This document shows, piece after piece, positions 7,890 to 16,734 of a DNA stretch of 64,000 nucleotides; position 1 is the stretch's first letter, and each line of letters starts with the position of its first letter. The position numbers and the translations under genes were made by a program. The notes below the pieces were generated by a model, which did no database searches, was not told the DNA's origin, and saw only the letters and a program-made list of their open reading frames with translations. The stretch comes from an uncultured Caldithrix sp. (GTDB lineage: Bacteria; Electryoneota; AABM5-125-24; Hatepunaeales; Hatepunaeaceae), in contig CAYHEC010000014.1 in NCBI GenBank assembly GCA_964355675.1, positions 1,110 to 65,109 on the forward strand, read 5' to 3'.

Positions 7890-10658
7890 ATGTCCGAAAT
7901 TCCAAAGAGCTACGATCCGACCTCCGTCGAGCCGAAGTGGTACAAATTCTGGGAAGAGAACGACCTCTTCCGCACCGATCCGAACTCCGGCAAGGAGCCG
8001 TACTGCATCATGATGCCTCCGCCGAACGTCACCGGCGAACTTCACATGGGGCACGGCTTGCAAGACTCCCTGCAGGATATGCTGATCCGCATGAAGCGGA
8101 TGCAGGGCTTCGAGGCGCACTGGCAAGCCGGAACCGATCACGCCGGCATCGCTACCCAGAACGTCGTCGAGAAAGCGCTCGCCAAGGAAGGCGTGTCGCG
8201 CCACAGCCTCGGCCGGGAGAAGTTCATCGAGAAGGTCTGGGAGTGGAAAGCCAAGTACGGGGACAGGATACTCCAGCAGAAGCGGCTCTTAGGTGACTCG
8301 CCGGACTGGAGCCGCGAACGGTTCACCTTCGATCCGGGGCTTTCCAAAGCCGTGGCGAAGGTGTTCGTGCATCTCTATGACAAGGGGCTGGTGTATCGGG
8401 GGAATTACATCGTCAACTGGTGTCCGCGCTGTCACACGGCGATCTCTGACGAGGAAGTCGATCATAAGGACGAAGCGACGCATTTGTGGTATTTCAGGTA
8501 TCCGATTTTAAATGATTCTTCCGTCGCCGCCCCGTCGGCGATGGATACTGATACACCTGCTGCCACCCACAGGGGGGTGGCAGAAGAGGGACACTACGTG
8601 ACTGTGGCGACGACGCGCCCTGAGACGATGCTGGGCGATACGGCGGTGGCGATCAATCCCAAAGACGAACGATTGCAGCATCTTCGCGGGAGGAGCGTGC
8701 AGCTCCCATTGGTGGATAGAGTTATCCCGATCATTGAAGACGAGTTCGTCGATCCGGCTTTTGGGACGGGGCAGGTGAAAGTGACGCCTGCTCATGATCC
8801 GAACGACTTTGAGATGGGGAAGCGCCACAGCCTCGGATCCATCACAGTGATGGACGAGCATGGGGTAATGAATGATAACGCTGGTCGTTTCAAAGGATTG
8901 GATAGGTTCAAGGCGCGTGAGGCGATTGTGGAGGCGATGGGGGAGGCGGGGTTGTTGGAGAAGATAGAGGATTATACTACCTCCATTGGCCACTGCTCGC
9001 GGTGCAAGACGGTCATCGAGCCGTACCTCTCTCTGCAGTGGTTCGTGAAGATGAAGCCACTCGCCGAGCCTGCCCTTGAGGCTGTTCGTGACGGGCGGAT
9101 CAAGTTCTATCCGGGACGTTGGGAGAAGGTCTATTACTCATGGCTGGAGAACGTGCGGGACTGGTGCATCTCGCGGCAGCTTTGGTGGGGGCATCGGATA
9201 CCGGTGTGGTACTGCCAGGCTTGCGGGGAGGTGATTGTCAGGGAAGAGGAGCCTGATACTTGTCCGAAGTGCCACTCGAACAGTCTCAGGCAGGATGAGG
9301 ATGTGCTCGATACGTGGTTTAGTAGCTGGCTCTGGCCATTTTCAACCTTGGGGTGGCCCGAAGAGACGCCTGAGCTTAAAAAATGGTATCCGACGCAGTT
9401 GCTCGTTTCGGGCTATGACATCATCTTCTTCTGGATCGCGCGGATGATTATGGCGGGGCTGGAATTCATGGGCGACATCCCGTTCAGCGACATCTTCATT
9501 ACGGGCATGATTAAGGACGAGCAGGGGCGGTGGATGTCGAAGTCGCTCGGCAATGGCATCGACCCGGAGGCGATGGTCAAGCAGTACGGGGCCGACGCGG
9601 TGCGGTTCACTATGATAACGCTGGCGACGGAGGGGCAGGACATCAAGCTAACGCCGTCGCGGTTTGAGGGAGGGAGGAATTTTGCCAATAAACTGTGGAA
9701 TGCGTACCGGTTTCTGATGACTCATGTGGAGAAACTGCCTGAGGAAAATAGGAGCCAAATTGGCAAGTATCCAATCACTGAGATGCCTTCCGATGCTCCC
9801 CTCGTGGATCGGTGGATTGTCTCACGACTGGCGGCGACGGTCGAACAGGTTCATGCGTCGGCGGAGAAGTACCGGTTGTTTGAGTGTCTTAACGCCCAGT
9901 ATGATTTCCTCTGGAAGGAGTTCTGTGACTGGTATCTGGAGCTTATTAAAAACCGGTTGACGCCTGAGACTCCGGCATTTGACCGTCAGTTGACGCTTGA
10001 GGTCGCGTTGCAGGTATTCGAAGCGGCGATGCGGCTGTTGCATCCGGCGATGCCGTTTGTGACGGAAGAGATTTGGCAGGGAGTTTCAGCACAAGTAGCG
10101 TTGACAATTGTCAACGCTACTGCAACTCAGAAGTCGATTATGGTGGCGGAATATCCGAAGCCGGGGGAATATCCAAGGGACTTGAAGGCTGAGGAGCAGA
10201 TCGAGTTGTTCCAGCGTGTCGTTGCGGCAGTCAGGAACATTCGTGGCGAAATGCATGTTCCACCCGACCGGAGGGCAGTACTGGTAGTGTCGGGCGTGAA
10301 AGATGAAGGGAAGAAGATGTTATTTGAGCGGCTGTCAAGTGATATTTGTCGTCTCGCAAACTTGTCGGAAATCAGCTTTGGCAACTCTCGCCCGGCACAC
10401 TCAGCTTCGGCAATGATAGATGATTTCGAGCTGTTTGTGCCGTTGGAAGGCTTGATCGACATCACGGTAGAACAAGGGAGACTCGACAAGGAGATTGCGA
10501 GACTTGAAGGCTCGATCAAAGGCGCTGAGGCAAGGCTTGCTTCGCCAAACTTCACTGACAAGGCTCCGGCGAATGTGGTGGAGTTTGAGCGGCAGAAGTT
10601 GGTGGAGTCGAAGGCACAGCTTGAGGCGGTGAAAAGGAATAGGGAGGCGTTGGAATGA
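7890..10658 (+). CDS. valS: Valine--tRNA ligase
   Basis: 922 aa. HIGH motif (PPNVTGELHMGH), KMSKS motif (WMSKSLGN), ValRS segment ATTRPETMLGDTAV, C-terminal coiled coil. Carries an in-frame hairpin-containing insertion at about 8520-8600. Confidence 0.97.
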   Translation: MSEIPKSYDPTSVEPKWYKFWEENDLFRTDPNSGKEPYCIMMPPPNVTGELHMGHGLQDSLQDMLIRMKRMQGFEAHWQAGTDHAGIATQNVVEKALAKEGVSRHSLGREKFIEKVWEWKAKYGDRILQQKRLLGDSPDWSRERFTFDPGLSKAVAKVFVHLYDKGLVYRGNYIVNWCPRCHTAISDEEVDHKDEATHLWYFRYPILNDSSVAAPSAMDTDTPAATHRGVAEEGHYVTVATTRPETMLGDTAVAINPKDERLQHLRGRSVQLPLVDRVIPIIEDEFVDPAFGTGQVKVTPAHDPNDFEMGKRHSLGSITVMDEHGVMNDNAGRFKGLDRFKAREAIVEAMGEAGLLEKIEDYTTSIGHCSRCKTVIEPYLSLQWFVKMKPLAEPALEAVRDGRIKFYPGRWEKVYYSWLENVRDWCISRQLWWGHRIPVWYCQACGEVIVREEEPDTCPKCHSNSLRQDEDVLDTWFSSWLWPFSTLGWPEETPELKKWYPTQLLVSGYDIIFFWIARMIMAGLEFMGDIPFSDIFITGMIKDEQGRWMSKSLGNGIDPEAMVKQYGADAVRFTMITLATEGQDIKLTPSRFEGGRNFANKLWNAYRFLMTHVEKLPEENRSQIGKYPITEMPSDAPLVDRWIVSRLAATVEQVHASAEKYRLFECLNAQYDFLWKEFCDWYLELIKNRLTPETPAFDRQLTLEVALQVFEAAMRLLHPAMPFVTEEIWQGVSAQVALTIVNATATQKSIMVAEYPKPGEYPRDLKAEEQIELFQRVVAAVRNIRGEMHVPPDRRAVLVVSGVKDEGKKMLFERLSSDICRLANLSEISFGNSRPAHSASAMIDDFELFVPLEGLIDITVEQGRLDKEIARLEGSIKGAEARLASPNFTDKAPANVVEFERQKLVESKAQLEAVKRNREALE

Positions 10659-12271
10659 TTATGCCAGAACTTCAAACAAATGTCCTCTACTACGGGGATA
10701 ATCTTGAGGTCTTGAGAGATCAAATTCCTAATGAATCAATTGATCTCATATACCTTGACCCTCCGTTCAATTCTAAGCAGTCATACAGTGTCCTATTCCG
10801 CGAATCGTCGGGAGCTGCAAGTGAAGCTCAAATCGAAGCATTCGAGGATACTTGGCAATGGACTATAGACGGCCAGGCACCCAAAGCCTACGACGCTATC
10901 ATGACCGGGCCGAGGCAGGACGTTGCGAGCTTGTTAGGCGCTATGGTGCAAGGACTTGGTCGCAATCAAGTTACATCCTATCTCTGCATGATGACGGTCA
11001 GACTGGTGGAACTGCACCGTGTTCTGAAAGCGACGGGGAGCCTTTACCTTCATTGTGATCCAACCGCTGGAGCCTATCTTCGAGTTATTCTCGACGCGAT
11101 TTTTGAGCCAGTCAACTTTCGCAACGAGATCATTTGGAAGCGAACATCGGCTCACAACGACCCAAGGAAATACGGAGCGAATATTGACGTAATCTGGTAT
11201 TACGTGAAGAGTAGTAAGAACACTTGGAATGATGTTTTCACTGAGCATCGTGAAGAGTATCTCAAGCGATTCACTCATAGAGACTCAGATGGTCGAGCAT
11301 GGCAAGACGGCCCGCTGACAGCAAAGGGACTGACTGGCGGAGGATATACCTATGAGTATAAAGGTATTAAAGGATTCTGGCGCTGTCCTCTGGCAACAAT
11401 GGAAAGGTATGACAAAGAAGGGCTCTTGCACATCACAAATAGGAATGGAATACGGATAAAGCGCTATCTTGATGAAACTGAAGGTGTGATACTTCAATCA
11501 CTCTGGACAGACATCCCACCTGTAAATTCACAAGCTAAGGAGCGATTGGGTTACAATACTCAAAAGCCTCAAGCCTTGCTCGAGAGAATAGTTTCAGTTT
11601 CATCCAATCCCGGTGATATCGTCCTTGATCCATTTTGCGGTTGTGGTACCGCACTTCACGCCGCCCACAAGCTTGACCGTAAATGGATAGGAATTGACGT
11701 AACTTATCTCGCAATCAACCTTATCGAACGAAGAATGCGTGATGCTTTTCCTGGCGTCCCGATTCATGTCGATGGTGCTCCAGCTGATACAGCCAGTGCT
11801 CACGATCTTGCTCGCAGAGACAAGTATCAATTTCAATGGTGGGCACTCGCCAAGATCGACGCTCAACCAGTATCAGGCAAGAAGAAAAAGGGTGCGGACA
11901 AGGGCAAAGACGGAGTTATTCCTGTTTTTATGGATGCTGAAATCAGTTATAGGAACGCGATAGTTTCCGTTAAGGGCGGCGCAGATCGCGACGTAAGTGA
12001 TATAAGGGACTTGAACGGAACTATGTTGAGAGAAAACACACCGTTTGGTGTTCTTATTACGTTGTTTCCGCCAACCAAACCAATGATAACTGAAGCGGCA
12101 TCGGCGGGACTCTATGAAAGTGAATTCTGGGGTAGAAAATTTCCTAGGATTCAAATTCTATCAGTCGAAGAGATCTTTCAAGGGAAACGTCCGAATCTTC
12201 CCAAAGGCAAATCGCCTTATGCAAAAGCTCCGGTTGAAAAAACGGTCAATGGAAATCTCAATTTAGATTGA
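10655..12271 (+). CDS. Beta-class DNA methyltransferase fused to a C-terminal Mrr-like PD-(D/E)xK domain
   Basis: 538 aa. Motif IV LDPPF (N-terminal) and motif I DPFCGCGTA. The C-terminal ~150 aa carry GADKGKDGVI...VSVKGG, resembling the Mrr catalytic core (D-G-x-D ... x-K). The start ATG overlaps the valS TGA (ATGA). Confidence 0.7.
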   Translation: MIMPELQTNVLYYGDNLEVLRDQIPNESIDLIYLDPPFNSKQSYSVLFRESSGAASEAQIEAFEDTWQWTIDGQAPKAYDAIMTGPRQDVASLLGAMVQGLGRNQVTSYLCMMTVRLVELHRVLKATGSLYLHCDPTAGAYLRVILDAIFEPVNFRNEIIWKRTSAHNDPRKYGANIDVIWYYVKSSKNTWNDVFTEHREEYLKRFTHRDSDGRAWQDGPLTAKGLTGGGYTYEYKGIKGFWRCPLATMERYDKEGLLHITNRNGIRIKRYLDETEGVILQSLWTDIPPVNSQAKERLGYNTQKPQALLERIVSVSSNPGDIVLDPFCGCGTALHAAHKLDRKWIGIDVTYLAINLIERRMRDAFPGVPIHVDGAPADTASAHDLARRDKYQFQWWALAKIDAQPVSGKKKKGADKGKDGVIPVFMDAEISYRNAIVSVKGGADRDVSDIRDLNGTMLRENTPFGVLITLFPPTKPMITEAASAGLYESEFWGRKFPRIQILSVEEIFQGKRPNLPKGKSPYAKAPVEKTVNGNLNLD

Positions 12272-12311
12272 GAGGTAAAAGAAGCTGTCAAAACATTGTC
12301 AGCAAAAACGA

Positions 12312-12644
12312 ATGAGGCCGAAGATGGAGGAGTTAACAAAGGACAGGTTCGGGAATCCGAACGAGGTGCTGGATATTCGGGGGTCGAGGATGTACTGGCA
12401 CCCGGAGTACGCTCTCCAGCCGATAAGCCTGGCACTGGACGAGGAGGTCGAAGCGGCATACGGGAAGGAAGCGCTGGCAATCTGGATGAAACTGACAATC
12501 GACGAGAAGCTGGAGATGGAGAGACTTCTGGAGAAGGCGGAGGAGATGTCGGGGACACAGGAAGCAATCGACGACGTGATGAGCCGGGTGCAGGATTGGA
12601 TAACGAATCCACGAAGTGACGAGGACGAGGAAGCGGAAGACTAA
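12312..12644 (+). CDS. Hypothetical strongly acidic 110-aa protein
   Basis: ORF 41 nt downstream of the methyltransferase-nuclease fusion. It has 29 Asp/Glu against 13 Lys/Arg and an acidic tail SDEDEEAED. Confidence 0.4.
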   Translation: MRPKMEELTKDRFGNPNEVLDIRGSRMYWHPEYALQPISLALDEEVEAAYGKEALAIWMKLTIDEKLEMERLLEKAEEMSGTQEAIDDVMSRVQDWITNPRSDEDEEAED

Positions 12645-12692
12645 ACTACCTCCCTCCGTTTCTACAATCTTAACGGTGAACGATCGGTACCG

Positions 12693-12980
12693 ATGTTGGA
12701 AGGGGCGATCCTTTTCGGTCAGGATCTTATCAGCGCCTACCCCAACCCCTTCAACGACAGAGCGACGATCCGCATCAACCTGCCCTCCTCAGCGCCGATG
12801 CAACTGGTGCTGTTTGACCTCTCGGGAAGGCGGTTCGGGGAGTGGAATTTGTCTGCTCAGTTGCCAGAGAGTCAAAGTCGGTTTATATTAGATGGGAACA
12901 CGTTGCCGTCAGGGGCGTTTTATTTGAAAGCGTCGTCGGGGGAACGTTCGGAGTGCTTGCCGATGATGCATTTGAAGTAA
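12693..12980 (+). CDS. Stand-alone T9SS-type C-terminal sorting domain ORF (possible gene remnant)
   Basis: 95 aa consisting only of a Por/T9SS CTD-like sequence (AYPNPFNDRATIRINL...LPSGAFYLKASSG). No signal peptide and no cargo domain. Confidence 0.4.
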   Translation: MLEGAILFGQDLISAYPNPFNDRATIRINLPSSAPMQLVLFDLSGRRFGEWNLSAQLPESQSRFILDGNTLPSGAFYLKASSGERSECLPMMHLK

Positions 12981-13001
12981 GTGCGATACGTGCAAGAACG
13001 T

Positions 13002-13245
13002 GGGGGCTCGTAAACGGCCCCTACGCGACGAAGGGAGGGCATGTAAACGGGAGGGCTCGTAAACGGCCCCTACGCGACGAAGGGAGGGCATGTAAACGGG
13101 AGGGCATGTAAACGGAGGGCACGTAAACGGCCCCTACGCGACGAAGGGAGGGCATGTAAACGGGGGGCTCGTAAACGGGGGGCACGTAAACGGCCCCTAC
13201 GCGGGATGACGAATAGAGGGGGGGCTCGTAAACGGCCCCTACGCG
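13002..13245 (+). repeat. Tandem array of family-A repeats (GGGGCTCGTAAACGGCCCCTACGCG and truncated variants)
   Basis: About ten GTAAACGG cores in 244 bp. The full unit is a bulged hairpin GGGGC(T)CG-TAAA-CG-GCCCC followed by CTAC (a GTAG head on the other strand). Confidence 0.9.
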
Positions 13246-13269
13246 GGGATGAAACTCACAATAAATTGA

Positions 13270-14652
13270 ATGGTACCAATGCCAACAAAACTATCACTTG
13301 CGTCAGCGCTTCTGCTAAGCTCCATTTTCCATTTTCCATCTTCCATTAAAGCCGAAGTCGCCGTTACCATTTACAACCAGAACCTCGCCCTCGTCCGCGA
13401 GGTGCGCCAGCTTGACTTCCCCAAGGGCGTCGGCCAACTCCGCTTCACCGACGTCGCGTCGGAGATTATCCCGACGTCAGTGCACTTCACCAGCGACAAA
13501 GCCGCACTCCTCGAGCAAAACTACGAGTACGACCTCGTGAGTTCGGACAAACTGCTCGAGAAATACATCGATCAACGGGTGGAGATTGTTTCGCTTGACG
13601 GCAAGAGCTTTTTCGGGTCGTTACTATCGTCGGGAGGGGATATTGTGCTAAGGTTAGATGGTGGGACACCCCCCCCTGCCCCCCCCGCAAGCGGGGGGGG
13701 AAAGTCTGGCGAATTGGTCTCGATTACCCGTTCGCAGGTTGCCAATGTCCGGTTCCCTGAGCTACCGGAAGGACTCATCACCCGCCCGACACTAGTCTGG
13801 CTGGTCGATGGCAAGGGCGGCAAGAGCGACGCTGACATCTCCTACCTGACGAGAGGAATCTCGTGGGAATCGGAGTATGTTGCCGTCTCGGACGTAAAGG
13901 ACGAAAACCTCTCACTGACCGGGTGGGTGAACATTACGAATAATTCCGGGGCGACGTACAAGGATGCGCGGTTGAAACTGATGGCAGGGGACGTGAATAT
14001 CGAACAGCCTCGAAGAAAATTCGCACGCGACGAAGTTCAAGAATTGTCAGGCGGATTTAATGCTGAATACGGTTTTCAAGAACAAGCGTTTTACGAGTAC
14101 CACCTCTATACCCTTCAGCGTCCCTCGACCATCGCCGACAAGCAGGTGAAGCAAGTGTCGCTGTTTCCGACGGCTTCAACGCCGGTGAAGAAGGAATTCC
14201 GACTCAAGGCGAACGAGGAAAAGGTTACAGTTGTCCTTGAGTTTGAAAACCGTGAGAAGGTCGGGCTGGGCATACCGCTTCCCAAGGGGAAGGTGCGGGT
14301 CTATAAGCAGGGTCCTGATGGCGGGCAGGAATTCATCGGCGAAGACAACATCGACCATACTCCCAAGGATGAAAAAGTCCGCATCACGACCGGTAAAGCG
14401 TTTGATATTGTTGGCGAGCGGAAATCGATCAACTACGAGCGCCAAGGCAAACAGCGTGAGAATGAGATTGTCGTCCGCAATCATAAGAAGGAGACCATCG
14501 AGGTTGTCATCGAAGACTCGTTCTGGGGGGATTGGAAATTTATCGAAGCGACCGACGGCTGGGAGAAGAAGAATGCCAGCCTCGTTGAGTGGAAAGTGAA
14601 GATCAAGCCGGACGGGGAGGCGAAGGTTAGGTATAAGGTTTATGTTAATTAA
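13270..14652 (+). CDS. Secreted DUF4139/DUF4140-like protein
   Basis: 460 aa with a signal peptide. VTIYNQNLALVRE...LEQNYEYDLVS resembles the DUF4139 family (from memory). The internal low-complexity patch GGTPPPAPPASGGGKSG is encoded by a hairpin repeat at 13681-13698. Confidence 0.55.
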   Translation: MVPMPTKLSLASALLLSSIFHFPSSIKAEVAVTIYNQNLALVREVRQLDFPKGVGQLRFTDVASEIIPTSVHFTSDKAALLEQNYEYDLVSSDKLLEKYIDQRVEIVSLDGKSFFGSLLSSGGDIVLRLDGGTPPPAPPASGGGKSGELVSITRSQVANVRFPELPEGLITRPTLVWLVDGKGGKSDADISYLTRGISWESEYVAVSDVKDENLSLTGWVNITNNSGATYKDARLKLMAGDVNIEQPRRKFARDEVQELSGGFNAEYGFQEQAFYEYHLYTLQRPSTIADKQVKQVSLFPTASTPVKKEFRLKANEEKVTVVLEFENREKVGLGIPLPKGKVRVYKQGPDGGQEFIGEDNIDHTPKDEKVRITTGKAFDIVGERKSINYERQGKQRENEIVVRNHKKETIEVVIEDSFWGDWKFIEATDGWEKKNASLVEWKVKIKPDGEAKVRYKVYVN

Positions 14653-14701
14653 TAATTAATAATTAATAATTAAGAAGTTAAAGTGAGTTGGAAGCTGTGA
14701 A

Positions 14702-16390
14702 ATGAAAGCGGCCAAATACGCGCTCGTAATCGTGCTGTGCTGGTTGTCGATGAGTGCTTGGGCGGAATGGGGGAGGGCGCCTAATGAAGCCATTCGAGCT
14801 CCCGCCGTGGGGCAGACGCTTTGCTCCGATGGTCAGGGCGGCGTCTGGTCGGGAAGCTTGGGATGGTTCTGCCATATCGACCGAAATGGTAATCCGACGT
14901 GGAATGCAGAGCCCTGTTTGCGCGGCTTTCAGAATTTGGGCAGGGATACGTCCAGCTACCCAGCAGACCAACGTACAGCGGTAAATGGCAGATTGGCGCT
15001 TGTCGGTATAAATGATTACATCTGGGGGATTTCGCGGAATGGTCCGCACCCTTGGGAATATATCATTGGCTATAGAGCGTGGGTTCAGCTTGTTTCTATC
15101 GATGGCGAACAGCTCTGGCGCAGAGGGGGAATACCATTGGACAGCGCCTTCGAATGGTCATACGTTTTCGGCGTTTATCCGGGGCCAACGGAGGGGACTT
15201 TTCTCGTTCATTGGGGTAAAGGATTTGAATGGACTGAGGGCAGTTCCGAACCAATGCTCCAACTCGTGAACAGCGATGGGGAGTTTCTTTGGGGTGATTT
15301 TGGAGTAAGACTCGACTGGGACAATTCGAACTCTTATTTCACCAAGTGGGAGGATGATTGCTTTATCGTCGCACAGAATGTCTGGCCGAATCCGACAATC
15401 GCAGTAGTGAAGTATGATTTGGAAGGTGAAGTAGTATGGGAACAGCGATTGCCGACGTTTGCCGAGGGGGTAACATTGTGCTCAATTAACGACATCGAGT
15501 CCGACCGTGCGGGAGGAGCGATCCTGACTTATTCGTTTTTGCGTGAGGTTATCATCGGGGGAAATCCAATCCAGTACGTAGGAGTCAATGTGTTGCGAAT
15601 ATCCGGCGGGGGGGACTCTCTTTGGACGAGGCAGGTATTCGAGCGGAGAAGAAATGGAGCAGAAGAGTTTTGGAGGACTGAACCGATTATTAACTATGGC
15701 GGGGAGGGAACGTATCTGATCGCCTGGAATGATCACGGGCCCAATGAAATGCAGACAGTAGCCCTTGATCTCGATGGTGAATTTCTTTGGGAATCGCCTG
15801 AGGTAATTGTCCTTTCTGCCGGGTATCAAAACCATTTGGCAGGCGTAGATTCGGAAGGTGGAATCTGTTATGTCTGGGCAGACTGGGAGGAGCGCGAGCG
15901 GCCCAGTACGCAAGTCTGGGGTCAGCGAATCAGCAATGAGGGCGAAAGGCTTTGGGGGGATAGAGGCATACCGCTTATCTACGATGACGGAGAAGCATTG
16001 AAAGCTGTTACTGAATGTAATGGTGGAATGATCGTGGCAAACTTGAGGCTGTTGCAAATGGTCAACCGCGACGGTGAAATCGGGGTCGTTTTGCCGGTCG
16101 GAGTGGGTGATGATTACAGTAACGATCCGGCGCTTCCGGGGGCGTTTAGTGTCGAACTCTACCCGAATCCGGTCAATTCTCACTTCAGGATAGTGTTCGA
16201 TGCGGCAGTTCCAAATCAGACATACAGCTACAGCCTCTTTGACGGGGCGGGGAGGTCGGTAGATTCAGGGGAGATTCTGAGTGTCGGTTCATTTGAAGGG
16301 GATCTGTCACAACTGGCGAGCGGGCAGTACTTCCTGAGGCTGAAATCGAAGAAGGCGTCGGTGACGAAAGGGTTCAGTCTGGTCAGGTGA
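14702..16390 (+). CDS. Secreted protein with T9SS C-terminal sorting domain
   Basis: 562 aa. Signal peptide MKAAKYALVIVLCWLSMSAWA. C-terminal LYPNPVNSHFRIVF...GQYFLRLKS...SLVR is typical of Por/T9SS CTDs. Confidence 0.7.
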   Translation: MKAAKYALVIVLCWLSMSAWAEWGRAPNEAIRAPAVGQTLCSDGQGGVWSGSLGWFCHIDRNGNPTWNAEPCLRGFQNLGRDTSSYPADQRTAVNGRLALVGINDYIWGISRNGPHPWEYIIGYRAWVQLVSIDGEQLWRRGGIPLDSAFEWSYVFGVYPGPTEGTFLVHWGKGFEWTEGSSEPMLQLVNSDGEFLWGDFGVRLDWDNSNSYFTKWEDDCFIVAQNVWPNPTIAVVKYDLEGEVVWEQRLPTFAEGVTLCSINDIESDRAGGAILTYSFLREVIIGGNPIQYVGVNVLRISGGGDSLWTRQVFERRRNGAEEFWRTEPIINYGGEGTYLIAWNDHGPNEMQTVALDLDGEFLWESPEVIVLSAGYQNHLAGVDSEGGICYVWADWEERERPSTQVWGQRISNEGERLWGDRGIPLIYDDGEALKAVTECNGGMIVANLRLLQMVNRDGEIGVVLPVGVGDDYSNDPALPGAFSVELYPNPVNSHFRIVFDAAVPNQTYSYSLFDGAGRSVDSGEILSVGSFEGDLSQLASGQYFLRLKSKKASVTKGFSLVR

Positions 16391-16412
16391 AGAAGTGGAC
16401 GAATCGTTAGAA

Positions 16413-16681
16413 GGGGGCTCGTAAACCGGCCCCTACGCGGATGATTGGTTGGTGGTGCATGGCCGGGGCTCGTAAACGGCCCCTACGCGGGTGATTGGTT
16501 GGTGGTGCATGGCGGGGGCTCGTAAACGGACGGGGCTCGTAAACGGACGGGCTCGTAAACGGACGGGCTCGTAAACGGCCCCTACGCGGGTGGCACGTAG
16601 ACAGACGGGGCTCGTAAACGGCCCCTACGCGGATGATTGGTTGGTGGTGTATGGCCGGGGCTCGTAAACGGCCCCTACGCG
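16413..16681 (+). repeat. Second tandem array of family-A repeats
   Basis: About nine GGGGCTCGTAAACGG(CCCCTACGCG) units in the same orientation as the 13002-13245 array, interspersed with a repeated spacer GATGATTGGTTGGTGGTGCATGGCC. Confidence 0.9.
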
Positions 16682-16694
16682 ATTGAGTTGAAAT

Positions 16695-16724
16695 AAGGCG
16701 GGTTTTTGCCCGCCTTCTTTATTA
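16695..16724 (+). terminator. Rho-independent terminator
   Basis: AAGGCGGG-tttttg-CCCGCCTT followed by CTTTATTAT. Downstream of the 14702-16390 gene and its repeat array. Confidence 0.6.
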
Positions 16725-16734
16725 TCTTCAAGGA

